NCBI GenBank assembly: GCA_022605425.2
Contig: JAKIMF020000005.1
Coordinates: forward strand, 744,001-808,000
DNA: 64,000 nt
Direction: 5' to 3'
Source of the DNA: Hamiltosporidium tvaerminnensis FI-OER-3-3
Taxonomy: Eukaryota; Fungi; Microsporidia
Shown here: piece by piece, positions 1 through 12,025 of the stretch
Layout of the letters: every line of letters begins with the position of its first letter
Numbering within the stretch: position 1 is the first letter of the stretch
Notes under the pieces: model-generated
Databases searched by the model: none
Seen by the model: only the letters and a program-made list of their open reading frames with translations
Told to the model about the DNA's origin: nothing
Program-made: the position numbers and the translations under genes

Positions 1-580
1 TAAACATTTAAGATACAAATCTAGAAGTACAGAAAATTTATGATCAGAATATCTTAGAAACTTTGTTAAAATTTTCGAATGATTCCATAAAACGTTTTTT
101 TAATGCAAAAAAAATTAATTCGTTTGCATTTATCAATTAAAAGGTAATAAAGCATTTCTGACGGTTTTTAAACTTTAAAAGTAAAATTCTTTTTATGAAT
201 TTATTGTTATATTTGAAGGTTTATATGCCTGAGTATATTGCGAAAAACTATGATTTTATATTTCTAAACTATTGTGTTGGGTCGATGATCGGGAATTCTT
301 GTGTCTAAATATCATATAAATTAAGATGAACTTTACTCTTTTTTAAAAATATGTGTATTTTGAGTAACTTTTGCATTTCTTAACTTCGACCCAATTTTTG
401 TTTAGGTGATCGTTGTTTTCAGATTTTTATATTTTTTTGATTCTTTCGTTCAGAAATAGAAATAAAATAATTGCTTTTATCTTTAAAAAAAACATATTTT
501 CTAAAATATTTTTATAAATTTGTCACTTGGTTTCTCAAAATTTTTACCTTCTTAATTTTTTTGAATACTCCATCCAATTT

Positions 581-1477
581 ATGGAAACCGTTTTTGTAAA
601 TTTAAAAGATATAAACGGAGATATTAACATAAAATACACTGGGATTTATGATGAAAAAATATCAAAAATAATGTTTTTGTTTTGGCAAATACAAGAACAG
701 AATGAAATATTCGTTGCTGGTATTGTTTTTGAAATGAAAGAAAAAAACATTGTATATATTTCTATATTAGATAGTATAGGAGAATTTGAACCAAGAAATA
801 TGCAAAAAGGATTTATCAATGGTACTATCCTGGCTCTTTTAAAATATTTGTCACCTACTTTTTTAGAAGTGTTTAGTCAACCAAAAAAGGAAATAATTTT
901 CGGTAAAAGTTCAAAAAATACTAAAAAAGGATTTTTAAATTCTCACAAGCTTTTTAAGTATTGGAAAAATATTTTTAGTAAATATATTTGTTGTGAAAAT
1001 AAGAAAGAATATAAACTTTATATTCATAACAATACCGATGAATCCAATGGTATTCCATACCATAGAAATACTAAATTAAATGATATCTATTTGTTTGATG
1101 ATGATCCAAAACAAAAATTGATAAATAATTTAGTAGAAAATGTAGGTATTTACAATTTTTTTAGTATTTTGCTTTTTAGATCTGATTTCTCTAATGGTTC
1201 ACTTCTTTTTAATGTATGTCCGTGTAAAAAACACAATTCAAATATAAATTTAGAAGAATTTAATTTATTTGATATAAAAGAAATATTAGAAACGCTAAGA
1301 GGTTTGGATTTCTCTGATTATCAAAATTCGTTAAAATCCACAATTTTTTTCTTAAAAAAGTACCAATTAAAATCTTTTCTATTTAAAACTTCTAAATCTA
1401 AACTATCAGAAAATATAATTGAAACACCAATAGAAGAACAAAGTTTTGTCAAAATAAAAACAAAATCAAAAAAATAA
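581..1477 (+). CDS. RTT109: Histone H3K56 acetyltransferase Rtt109-like, copy 1
   Basis: Motifs YISILDSxG, FSQPKKEIIFGKSSKNTKKGFLNSHKLFKYW (cf. Rtt109 FxRxxxQYLFPxSxxNxxKHxLxxxxLxxWW) and FDDDPK (cf. FPDDPK). First ATG is at 581; the track start at 527 is TTG. Confidence 0.8.
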   Translation: METVFVNLKDINGDINIKYTGIYDEKISKIMFLFWQIQEQNEIFVAGIVFEMKEKNIVYISILDSIGEFEPRNMQKGFINGTILALLKYLSPTFLEVFSQPKKEIIFGKSSKNTKKGFLNSHKLFKYWKNIFSKYICCENKKEYKLYIHNNTDESNGIPYHRNTKLNDIYLFDDDPKQKLINNLVENVGIYNFFSILLFRSDFSNGSLLFNVCPCKKHNSNINLEEFNLFDIKEILETLRGLDFSDYQNSLKSTIFFLKKYQLKSFLFKTSKSKLSENIIETPIEEQSFVKIKTKSKK

Positions 1478-1794
1478 AATTATTATTTCTAAAATGCGTT
1501 TAAAGCTTTGTATTTGTTTGTAGAAAATCCTTTTTTTAGAATTCTAAATAAACTTTTTTATTTTTTAGATTAACTCGTATAAAGAGTGTATTTGTTGAAG
1601 AAAAACTTTTGCATTTCGGAAAATAAATTTATACTTTGAGAGGTACAGAAGGGAGGGAATAAGTAGTAAATATTCAATGATAATGGATAGGTTGTTAAAA
1701 AGGAGGTAAAATTAAAGAAAATTACTATAACCCGAATCAATCAATATTAAATCAAATTTAGAAAATAAATATTTTGAAAATTTTTATTGTTTTT

Positions 1795-4263
1795 ATGGGT
1801 GTAAAAAATTTATGGAAAATTTTAAAAAATTGTGCAGAAGAAGAAATAAATTTTGATGATAAAAAACTAGCAATAGATATAAGCATATGGATGTATCAGT
1901 ATTCTTCATTGCCACACAATCAATCTCTATATTTTATTACAAAACGAATATTAAAATTAATTTATTATAAAATTAAACCGGTATTTGTATTTGATGGAAA
2001 TATTCCAGATTTGAAACGGAAAGTATGTGAAGAACGTAGGAATTTACGTAATTATGTTGATTTATCAGACTTGGCACGTAAATTTATTGAAAAAAAGATT
2101 TGTAAAATTTGTTGTAAAAAATATAACGAATGTGTCCATGCAAGTGTTGAAAAGGATAATTTATTTAGTAAAATTTATAAAAATTGTATTGATAGATTAG
2201 AAAATCATGAATATGATTGGGGAGATGATATATCTAGTATGAGTGAATATGAATATAATATATTCTTTGATAATAATGAACATAATACCTATGATTGTGT
2301 TACAGATAATCAGTTTACAGATACTGAAAAGTCTAATATAAATGCAAAGAATGTTTCAAAAAATAATTTAAACTTTAGAGAAGAAAAGAAAAAGATTTTT
2401 AGAAAGGAAAAATGTAAAGTAAATAAATACAATGATGAAGGTAAAAATATATCTTGTTTAAATATTTCTGAAGAAGAACATTTGAAAAATATTAGAGGCA
2501 AAGAAATATTTTTTGGAAATTTAACAGATTATTTGGATACAAAAGAATATGAGAATTTATCAAAGAAGAAAAAATTAAAATATTTGGTATATTTACGAGA
2601 AATGCGAGGAATGTCTTCTTACCAGGACAATTCTGATATGGAAAAATTTAGTATTTCACAGATGGAAAATGTAAAGAAAAGAAACAAAGTGACAACACAT
2701 ATTTCTAATTTGGGTTGTGCAGCAAAAAAAAGAGTTTTAAGTGATTGTAAAACTTATTTTGAATTTGAAAAAAATAGTAAAAATATTTTTATTGATGAAA
2801 TTTTTGAAGAAAATAAAAAAGAAATTAAAAGTATAAATTTAGTAGAAACTGATGAAAAAGAAGAAAGTTTGGATGAATGGCTCAAAGAAGTACAACATAA
2901 TTCTTTTGATTCCCAAGAAGTTAATCTAGCAATAGATGTCAGTAACGAGGATAGCTTCAATAACTTAAAAATCATCGAATCCGAAAATAATAAATCTGAA
3001 TATTTTAAACAGAAAAAAGAATGTAACGAATCGTCATTAAAAGATATTTCAGGTAAGATTTCTATTTTATCCGAAAACGAGAAGATGGTAGGAAATTTAG
3101 GTTCTGATATTTCAGTAAATGAGAATTTAAAAACGAGCAAAAATATTTACTCTTTTGATTTGAATTTGGAAAGCAATATTCAGACCGAAAAAAGACCTGA
3201 ACTCATAAAAATTAATGATTCAAATAACAATATAACATTTGAATGCAAAGAATCAAATATTTCGAACGAAAAATTCATAAATCTAAAATCTGAGGACAAA
3301 GGAGTCAAATATATTGATGATTTGGGTGGTAAATCAACAGATTCTAAATTTGAAGATAATAAAGTAAAATATATTGATGATTTGGGTGATAAATCAACAG
3401 ATTCTAAATTTGAAGAAGAAAATACAGAAACTATTGATCTTGCGACGAAATACTCAGAAGAAGCCAAGAGCGAATCATCAGATCTAAAATCATATTCAGA
3501 GTCTTGCACACCTCACATTCCACCAATGAGACATATAGAAGATATAACATATGAACCAAAAGATGGAAACGATCCGAATAATCTCATTTCTAAAACAAGC
3601 ATAACCATCGATTCATTACAGAACACTGAAATATTAAATCAAACACAAGTCATTCCAGAAAATGGCATTACTGATATAAAAATCTCGAATAATCTTATTC
3701 CGCAGGAACTTAATTTTGCTATTGCAGTACAAAGCCTTTTAAAAGCATTTAATCTTCCCTACATTATTTCTCCCATGGAAGCAGATTCTCAGTGTGCATA
3801 TCTCAACATAAATAACATTGTAGATGGTGTTATTACAGAAGATAACGATGTACTTATTTACGGTGCCAATAAAGTTTATAGAAACTTTTTTAAGAAGAAC
3901 AAAGTACCGACATGTTATTCATTACAAAATATTCAATCAAAATTAAATTTAAATCAATTAGATTTAATAAAACTATGTTACTTATTAGGAAGTGATTATA
4001 ATATTGGGCAAAAAGGATTTGGTATTGTCAAATCACTACAAGCTATTAAAAATAATGAAGTGGCAGATTCTTCAATTGAATTTCTTAAAAATATTTATTT
4101 AAATTCTAATGTCACAGAAATAAAAGAATATGAAATATTTCCAACTAATAAAATTTCTAGAAAAAATGATATTATTATGAAAGTCAAGAAGGTTTTAAAT
4201 GAAAATTATGTTGATGAGCAGAATATCAATGAAATAATAAAACTTATAGTTAAAATACTATAA
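1795..4263 (+). CDS. RAD2: XPG/Rad2 structure-specific endonuclease, copy 1
   Basis: N-domain MGVKNLW..LAIDISIWMYQ..KPVFVFDG..LKR; XPG-type FSxxQ spacer motif (EKFSISQ); long acidic spacer; I-domain PYIISPMEADSQCA, GVITEDNDVLIYGA, LLGSDY..GFGIV. First ATG is at 1795. Confidence 0.93.
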   Translation: MGVKNLWKILKNCAEEEINFDDKKLAIDISIWMYQYSSLPHNQSLYFITKRILKLIYYKIKPVFVFDGNIPDLKRKVCEERRNLRNYVDLSDLARKFIEKKICKICCKKYNECVHASVEKDNLFSKIYKNCIDRLENHEYDWGDDISSMSEYEYNIFFDNNEHNTYDCVTDNQFTDTEKSNINAKNVSKNNLNFREEKKKIFRKEKCKVNKYNDEGKNISCLNISEEEHLKNIRGKEIFFGNLTDYLDTKEYENLSKKKKLKYLVYLREMRGMSSYQDNSDMEKFSISQMENVKKRNKVTTHISNLGCAAKKRVLSDCKTYFEFEKNSKNIFIDEIFEENKKEIKSINLVETDEKEESLDEWLKEVQHNSFDSQEVNLAIDVSNEDSFNNLKIIESENNKSEYFKQKKECNESSLKDISGKISILSENEKMVGNLGSDISVNENLKTSKNIYSFDLNLESNIQTEKRPELIKINDSNNNITFECKESNISNEKFINLKSEDKGVKYIDDLGGKSTDSKFEDNKVKYIDDLGDKSTDSKFEEENTETIDLATKYSEEAKSESSDLKSYSESCTPHIPPMRHIEDITYEPKDGNDPNNLISKTSITIDSLQNTEILNQTQVIPENGITDIKISNNLIPQELNFAIAVQSLLKAFNLPYIISPMEADSQCAYLNINNIVDGVITEDNDVLIYGANKVYRNFFKKNKVPTCYSLQNIQSKLNLNQLDLIKLCYLLGSDYNIGQKGFGIVKSLQAIKNNEVADSSIEFLKNIYLNSNVTEIKEYEIFPTNKISRKNDIIMKVKKVLNENYVDEQNINEIIKLIVKIL
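3301..3420 (+). repeat. 60-bp in-frame tandem duplication in the RAD2 spacer (mirrored at ~41288-41407)
   Basis: GVKYIDDLGGKSTDSKFEDN / KVKYIDDLGDKSTDSKFEEE; lines 3301 and 3361 are near-identical. Confidence 0.95.
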
Positions 4264-4530
4264 ATATGTAAATAAGTATTTTTATGATATAATATTGTTA
4301 TAATCATTCTAAAATTATGTATTGATTTCCTTGTACAAGTGCAATATCAGCGAGGAAAAAAATGTGTTGATTAAAAACTAAATCACCCAAGTCTTAAATT
4401 TTATAAGAAACATCGATCTAAAATTTAAAGTCTAATCTCATAAAAAAATTGACTTGAAGTATTTATAATAAAACAATCTGCAATTATTTACCCCGAAATA
4501 TGATGTCATTTATTTAGAATATTATTTTAT

Positions 4531-5468
4531 CATTTATATAATTCAGTAATCTCTCGACGACGACTCACCTCGAAATGTTTAATTAGTTAAAAGAATATAA
4601 GACACCAATAAGAGTGCTCCAATTAAGATATGTTTCTTTATATTTGTTCATAGATCTTACAGAACCAATAATAGTGAGCATAAGTGAACATAAAACAATG
4701 AAAAAATTTTTATTTGTTGAAAAGAAATATTTGAAATAAAATTCGTAAATTTTCTTCTAAATTGTATTATTTATAAGAATAACATAATAAATTTGTTCTT
4801 TGAATTTTTCTAAAGTTTTCATTTTTAGAAAGATTTAAACCAATTTGTTCTGATTTCTTTTCTATGAATTTACAGTTAGTTAAAAAATTGTATGATAAGA
4901 TTGCTGCTTTCCATCATTCTTCTGTGCAATTTATGTATATTCTCAAAAATAATTGCATAAAACAAATATTAATTGAATATTAGCTCCGTGGAACTTTATA
5001 CTTCATTAAATTAAAGGAATATTAGTAAAATTATTAAGAATTTATACAATAAATAAATAAACAAATAGCATATAGTTAAAGAACACAGTTTTTTCAGACA
5101 AGTAAAACACTTTACAAGAATACATGTCCTCACAGAAAAAGGTCAGAATTAATAAAAATAGGGGGAATGTGAACAGACTAAATATTTAAGCCGAGCTCAA
5201 GTTCTAAAAAATCTAAAGAAATATAAAATAGTAAGAGAAATATTATGGTTAAAAAAGCCCAAATTTTATTTAGAATTTGCTCAAAAGCAGGTAATAATTT
5301 TGTAATAAAAGATAAAAAAATATGCGAGAAACAGGCTAGGTGAGAGTATAAAATTTTTATTTAAATTATTGAGGAATTATATCTCAGATAAGTAAGGTAA
5401 GATTATTTTCAGCATTTTTTTCTTATGAATGTTAAATAAAGTTCGTTTTTATGTGCTTAATGTCTAGT
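4531..5468 (+). repeat. ~0.9-kb non-coding repeat; other copies at ~39240-40180 (-) and ~45648-46597 (+)
   Basis: Shared blocks include acgactcacctcgaaatgtttaatt, ctccgtggaactttatactt, acaggctaggtgagagtataa and aaataaagttcgttt. Confidence 0.9.
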
Positions 5469-6671
5469 TATAAATAATTCATGAAATCATTGACTCATAG
5501 TATAAAATGATGACCAAATAAATTCGTTAAAGAGGTAAAATAAACCAAATAAAGGCAAGAGAGAAGGATAACTTGGTATTCAATGACTATGAGCATGAAT
5601 AAATTTAGTATTTATAAGAAAAAACATTATTTTCTAATTATAAATGCTTGAGGGAAAATAATTAGAATTAAAACCTTCTGTGTGAAATGATCAAGTGAAA
5701 TTTATGAGAAAATTTTTGTTTAATTTTTTATAAGCTGAAAAGCTCACTAAAATTTCAGTTTCTTCATTGAGTTTTTTACAAGAAAGGGAGCTATAAAATG
5801 ATTAAAATTTCTAATAATTTAGTTTGTATTCTTATTAAACTAAATTGTAAACTAAGGTCAGACTTTTAGGTGATTCCCATAAAAAGAATTGGAATTAAAC
5901 CTTGCTCGCTCGAAAAAGGCTATACCTTCGAAGAGAAAAAAAATATGTTTTTTAAAAAGCCGGAATATTAAGTAGAAGGTTATAAGTATTGATATGAGAG
6001 GGCAACATATAGATGGACACCATTTAGGTTGCTGTGATATATTTTTCAGGATGTTATTTCGCTTGAAAATTGCAGACTAAGTGAGATTGCCTTTGGTGTG
6101 TTTAATGAAGGTTTTTAGTTGCGATTAATCTCTTGGCAAGATATATAACACTATGTAGCTACCCCATTCATTAAATGAGCTCCGTATACTTTTTAGGGGA
6201 AATACTTCCGGATGTAAGTATCTAAAAGATTCTTATATAGTGTTTTAGATGAAATATATATACGATTTCGAATTGCGTTACCACCATATAAAAGCTGTGA
6301 AATATGCTATTTTATATTGAAGATGCGAAATTTTTTCATTTCATCTCAAAACGGACCGAATTAGAATATAAAAAAAGGTGACAATGCTGACCTCAAATAT
6401 TTTTGATCTAGGATAAAATATAAGTCGAGAATGACATTAAATCTTACGATGAATCAAATATTTTTTCTCTTAATATTCTTTTTATATGTGTTTTTACGTT
6501 TATTGATTGCTATTTTTTTACTTATTTAATTTGTCATTAACTGTATAACTAATCATTAAATTCTAAAAGAAAAATATATTGTTAATAATAAATACAAGTC
6601 TTATCTCTCGGAGGCAGATTTTTATTAAAAATATCGTATTATAAGATTTTCCTTCGATACTGTTAATAATA

Positions 6672-8391
6672 CTCCCTCTGTCCGGAAATATGGTATACAT
6701 TTGCGAAAAAAATAAAATAAAATAAAAAATGTACAGGATAAGTTTATTATATTACCTTTATTTCGAAAATATAATAAATATTAATGTAAATATTAAATAA
6801 AATTTAAAAAAATATATAATAAAATTAATAAGTTCACTCGAAATTTGATTTAGCTTTAACGTATGCTTCTTTGGAACATACATATTTTTCTAGCAGTCGA
6901 CCTTCGCGACGAAGTTTTCCTTTACTTAAATGAGGTATTTTATAGCAATTTCCACCATCTGTTAGCATAATTGACTCCATACATGCTTGCAATGTTGTAA
7001 AAACGTTATCGAGAGTATTCGCTTTTAATTTATGAAATGCATCTTGAACACAATTTATTAATTCGTCAATTGTGTGTGGCGAAGCTTGATGTTGCAGCGA
7101 TTGTATGGAGTTGAAAAAACCTAAATCAAGAACATTTAAATCGAGGCTATTTGCCGGTTGCACCTTAAATTTAATATTCCGGTCATCAGCAGAACCAAGA
7201 GCGACAATATCTGTATCATTATCAGAAAAATGGGGTTTTGCATTGTTTTGTTGTACGTAAATTGTTTTCTTTTTGTATGCGGGCGGAAATTTAGATTTAA
7301 TTGCGGGAATTACATTATCAATGATCATGTTTTTGCAATGTACTGCTGTAACAGATTCCACATTTTTTTTATCATTGTTCCTTTAGCTTATTCTTAGAAT
7401 TTTTTTGAGCTGGTTCTTGATAAACAAATGGCCATATTCCAATTTTCCCATCAAAATAAAGCTTTCGATGTGCATCATAGCGTAGTCGAGATACTGCAGC
7501 CATGAACATTATTTTCGTAATAGATCGCTTACTTTTGCAGTTTCTCTCCTGTTTTTCTTCGTTTAACATTTAGTAATAAGAGCGCTTAACTTTAGTTAGA
7601 TAAAACCACTTTTCATCAATGTGAACGTAGTCGTACAAATCATCAAAAAGCAAATCTCAATTATTAACAAGATATACTTTAGACAAGCAAAATTTCAATC
7701 TGTCCATTTTATTTTTATCTGTTAAAGTTGGTTTAACTTTAGAAGATATTCTCTTCATATACTTTCCCGACTTGAATATATCAAACAAAGTTTATTTTGG
7801 AATATCAATTGCAAAGTAAAGACTTGTGAGCGTTCCTCGACGATTTAATGGTGTTTTCTTATTTGCGCTAAATTGTTCGAATATTCTTTAGGTTTTTTTC
7901 CGCATCTTTTTTTCTTTTTTAAAGAAACATCGGCACATATCTTGCCCTTTCTGTATTGAGTTTGTGCTGCATGCCAAATTCTGTTTACAGTTAGCCGGAA
8001 AACTTGAAAGGCAGAAGAAATTTCGTTGTTGGCACCGTATTTTAACTTATTCTCCTTCATCTGCTGTAATAATTTTTCTAAAATACCTTGACGTTGTTCT
8101 TTAGTTAATTGTTTATATTTTGAATCTCTTTTTTCTGAATTTAACAAATTTCCTTTCACATTTTCCATATTCGTCTTGCAGCGGTATTAATTTTTTTTAC
8201 CTTAAGAAACACTGATGTTTGAGCGGTAACTTTTTAACTAAGAATGATATTACTAAAGTTAAATATTTTAGGTTATATTGTCATGAATATTTACTATGAC
8301 AATTTCATGACGGTTGCCTATTTATTTTTTATATTCACGATAATCTATGGTTTTTTTTTGAAATGTATAACATATTTCCGGACATAGGGAG
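6672..8391 (-). mobile_element. Tc1/mariner DD39D (plant mariner/Stowaway-type TIR) element, defective, copy 1
   Basis: TIRs CTCCCT(C/A)TGTCCGGAAATATG with TA TSD at both ends. Transposase fragments VHIDEKWFYL, KIMFMAAV, DGKIGIWPF, QQ(N)NAKPH, QPANS(L)DLNVLDLGFF; 39 residues lie between the 2nd and 3rd catalytic positions. Carries stops and frameshifts. Confidence 0.95.
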
Positions 8392-9247
8392 TATAATTTA
8401 TTGGAAATTATTTCTTTATCTTAGAAGACCGAGGTTAGTAAATATTAAGATTTGATACTCTAAATTATATGGTGTCTAAATATTGAATAATTCAAAGGTG
8501 ATAATTGTATTAAAGAACGATGGTGATAGATAGTTACAAAATAAACATCCAGATAAAAATGATATAAAAGCATATGTCAAAAATAAAAGATAAAATATAA
8601 AATATTAACCATAAGCTAGAAAAATTGTATAAAGAGGTTTTTAAACACTAACAGAAGGAAAATCAAGAAATAGTTTTTTTTGGTTCGAATAAAATTTAAA
8701 TTTCTATTGAGTCAAGGATATAGATAATTGTGCCACTATTTTAAGAAATCAGATTAAATTAATAAATTTGCTTTTAATTTAGAATTATTATTGTTTTTTT
8801 AAGATTATATTTACTTGAAAGCTTACTAATGATGTTTTTTGCCATGAATTTGATTAAGATCTATAAAATGCCGATTCAAATAATTAAATTACGTTTTTAC
8901 ATATTACTAGATTTCTTTTTGATAAAAAGACTATTCTCGATTTTACACGTTTTTTAAAAAAAGAATTTTAGACAATATTCATCAATTGGAATTTTTTTTA
9001 TATTCTGTTTTTAAATAATTAACTTTGTTTGAACCAAAAATTTTGTTTTTACAGAAATAAAAGAACATAAAAAAATATTCGATTTTTCGAGGTGATCTAG
9101 AGCGATCTTCATTTATAATTATATAATCTTAGATAGATTGATTTCCAGAAACGTATAATTATATAATTATAAAAGAAAATAATATTCGATATCTTAAAGA
9201 TCTTAAAAATGTATAAAGATTCGATTTTTGTTTTAAATTTATATTTG

Positions 9248-11577
9248 ATGTTTATGAAATTTGATATATTAATTCTGTTTATTTTACTCAGATGTAGAAC
9301 TATAGATGTGGTTTTTAGATTTAATATCTCCGGTTCTGATGATCAGAGAACTCCTTTTCAATATGAAAATAAATTTGAGAAAAGAAAATACAATATTTCA
9401 GGAAATAATATTAAATCAAAGAGAAAAAAAGAATTCAAAGACATGAGAAACTTAAAAAGAATGCGACATTCAGACGAAATCGTTTTTGGAAATATAGAAA
9501 ATTATAAATTGAAATTTAATATATTATCAAGTTATTGTTCCGATTCCGAGAATAAGATATTAATAGATGTTTACAAATTCGGTTTTACAGATTTCATTAT
9601 TTTTAAAAATTTAATGGATTCTTTATATCGTCCTTTTAAAAAAATTACACTCCATGATTTTTTTCTAATATTAAAGATCAGCGAATATTTTGGAGTTGAA
9701 GATATTAATCAGTGTGAAGAAATTATATATTGTTTGATTTATAATTTGTTACCCGCTCTTGAATGTCATAAAACAATATTAGAAGAGCAAATTTTGAAAA
9801 TTAAAAAGCGATTAATTCTGCCAATAAAATTCACTGAGATAATCTTGAATCAAATTAACAAAATATTTTTTTTCCAAAATCTAGATGATGAATATTTTAT
9901 AGAAGCTAAAAAATTAAGATTATTTACGAAAGAATTTAATATTGCATATTTAGATAATAATACATTATTTCTAACACACCCTGATATAAATTCATCTTTG
10001 TACGAAGAATATTGCATAAATTCAATAGTTTTCTCAAATATTCATTATATTTTATTAAAAATGTTAAATGTAGAAAAATACGGGTTTTTCACAAAAAATG
10101 TAAATTACCAATTGATAAATTCTTCCGTCAAATCATTTATAGATAATATTTATGAGCTATTATTTTATTACTTTCATATTACTGGTGAGAAATTTAAATT
10201 ACTAAATGAAAATTCAGTATTTAAAGCACTTAAACATATATATTTAATAAACTCAACCATAGAAACAGAAAATAGATCTTTTTTCAAAAAAATATATATT
10301 TAGAAAAAATAAACTTTATATTTGATTATGAAGAAGAAGAAGAATTAGAAACTGAATTTATAGAAAATAAAGATATATGCGCTATTTTAGAGATCAAAAA
10401 CGTTATTTTATATTCAAATTTCGAAGAGAAACTAATGAAACTAATATATTTAGACGGCTTAAAGTCTGATTTGAATAGTAAATATTTCATTCTAAAGGAA
10501 AACACTGTTTATGATGATGAAGAATATTTCATTTTTAAAGACGATATATCCTACATTCATATATATTTTAATGAAAAAATTACGGTTCAAATATTAGTGC
10601 TTATTGCATCTATGAGAAATCTTCAAACAATAAAAATTGATTGTCACTCATTTACGAATCATCAAGAGTTATCAACGGATTTGTTCTATTGTAAAGAAAT
10701 AAACGAATTAAAAATAATCAGATATGACATCAATATTGATTTGATTTGCAAAATACTATGTTTACCAACTCTTAGAGTATTAACTATAAATTTTTGTAAA
10801 CTTAAACCGATTGATACGGATAATTTACTTCCAGAAAATTATACGATTTTAGATTTTTTATTTATGGAAACGATTTTGCCGATTTAAATATACTTTCTCG
10901 AATTTTATATTCTTTGAAAAAAGTTGAAAGTTTATTTTTACATGGAGATGGTTTTATAGGATTTTGTATTTAAAGAATATAAATAATTTTTTTTCGACTA
11001 GATTGTTTAAAAAACTTTCAATTATTTCTGAATACCCCGAAGAGCCTTTTAAAGAATTTGAGTTTCTCGTAAATAATACTGAACAATTGTATTTTGGTCG
11101 TAATTATCCAGAAGGTAGTCTCAAAAATATTTTTTTAAAGGCAAACCTGAAAAAGCTGAAAATTCTTAGTATTCATGATTTTCATATTGGAAGAAGAGAT
11201 ACAAATGCATTTAAAGACCTTGAAGTTCTTATATCACTAAATATTTTAGGTTGTAATTTTCTGGGTAGACGTTAGCTGGTCTGTTCTCCGATGAAAAAGA
11301 ATATATGATAGAAAACTTGATATTAAGAGGAGCTTATTTAGTAAAAAAGGATATATATTTCCTTTCCAAATTAAGAATGCTAAAGAGTTTAACTTTGTCA
11401 GCTTGCGAATATGAAAATGAAGCACATACATATTTAAAAATAATATACTTCAAAAGATTGAATGTTATTTTTATAGATTGCTTTCTATCAGATACTCCAC
11501 AGGATACAATGGATTATTTTATAGAAGAATTTTCACCAAATATATTGTCTCTTAAAGTTGAAACATCTCTGGAATAA
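9248..11577 (+). pseudogene. Frameshifted signal-peptide/BTB-like/LRR-like gene (~775 aa if joined), copy 1
   Basis: Four collinear ORFs (9209-10303, 10435-10887, 10964-11275, 11305-11577) joined by 1-nt deletions. Hydrophobic N-terminus and LxxLxL repeats. Some breaks may be homopolymer sequencing errors. Confidence 0.75.
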
Positions 11578-11880
11578 ATGTATAAAACAATGATGTTTAT
11601 ATACGCTTATTAAATTCGAAGATTTTCTATACGACAACAAAATTTTGCTATTGAAAATCGTTTCTTCAAAGACTTTTTTAAAAACTTATATGTAAAGTTT
11701 ATATTTCTACAAGAAAAAATCTAAAAATTTAGAATTTAGACCAAAAATCATTTTACTTCGTTTTATGATATTAATCGATTATTATTTTCTTGACCCTTGT
11801 AAGTTTTATTGTTTATTAATACAGTCTATGTGGGATTCATAGCTTCACCATTTAAATTGGTGTAACGCTTTGTATGTAGT

Positions 11881-12025
11881 TGTGAAGGGAGGATAACCAC
11901 ATTAGAATTTTCTGCTTGGCAAAATGTGTAGAATTGTTTCAAAATAATAGTTTTCATTTTAGTGGAGTATAAACCACACTGGATCTATAGGCAAATCTTA
12001 TTTAATTTCGAGTTATAACAGATTA
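11881..12025 (+). repeat. Partial copy (core) of dispersed repeat family R1
   Basis: gataaccacatt..ttctgcttggca..tgtgt..attttagtgg..taaaccacact is also seen at ~17005, ~25255-25360(-), ~32650-32795(-), ~45241-45385(-) and ~55545-55600(-). Confidence 0.75.

Noticed and set aside
527-580. TTG/GTG starts in the ORF track (527, 1774, 30281, 47468, 58919 etc.)
   Set aside because: Eukaryotic context; downstream ATGs match domain starts (e.g. MGVKNLW) and were used instead.
2310-3509. Antisense ORFs inside RAD2 (also 41199-42398, 48829-49164, 52912-53214 and similar)
   Set aside because: Shadow frames of real genes, Ser/Phe/Leu-rich with no motifs.
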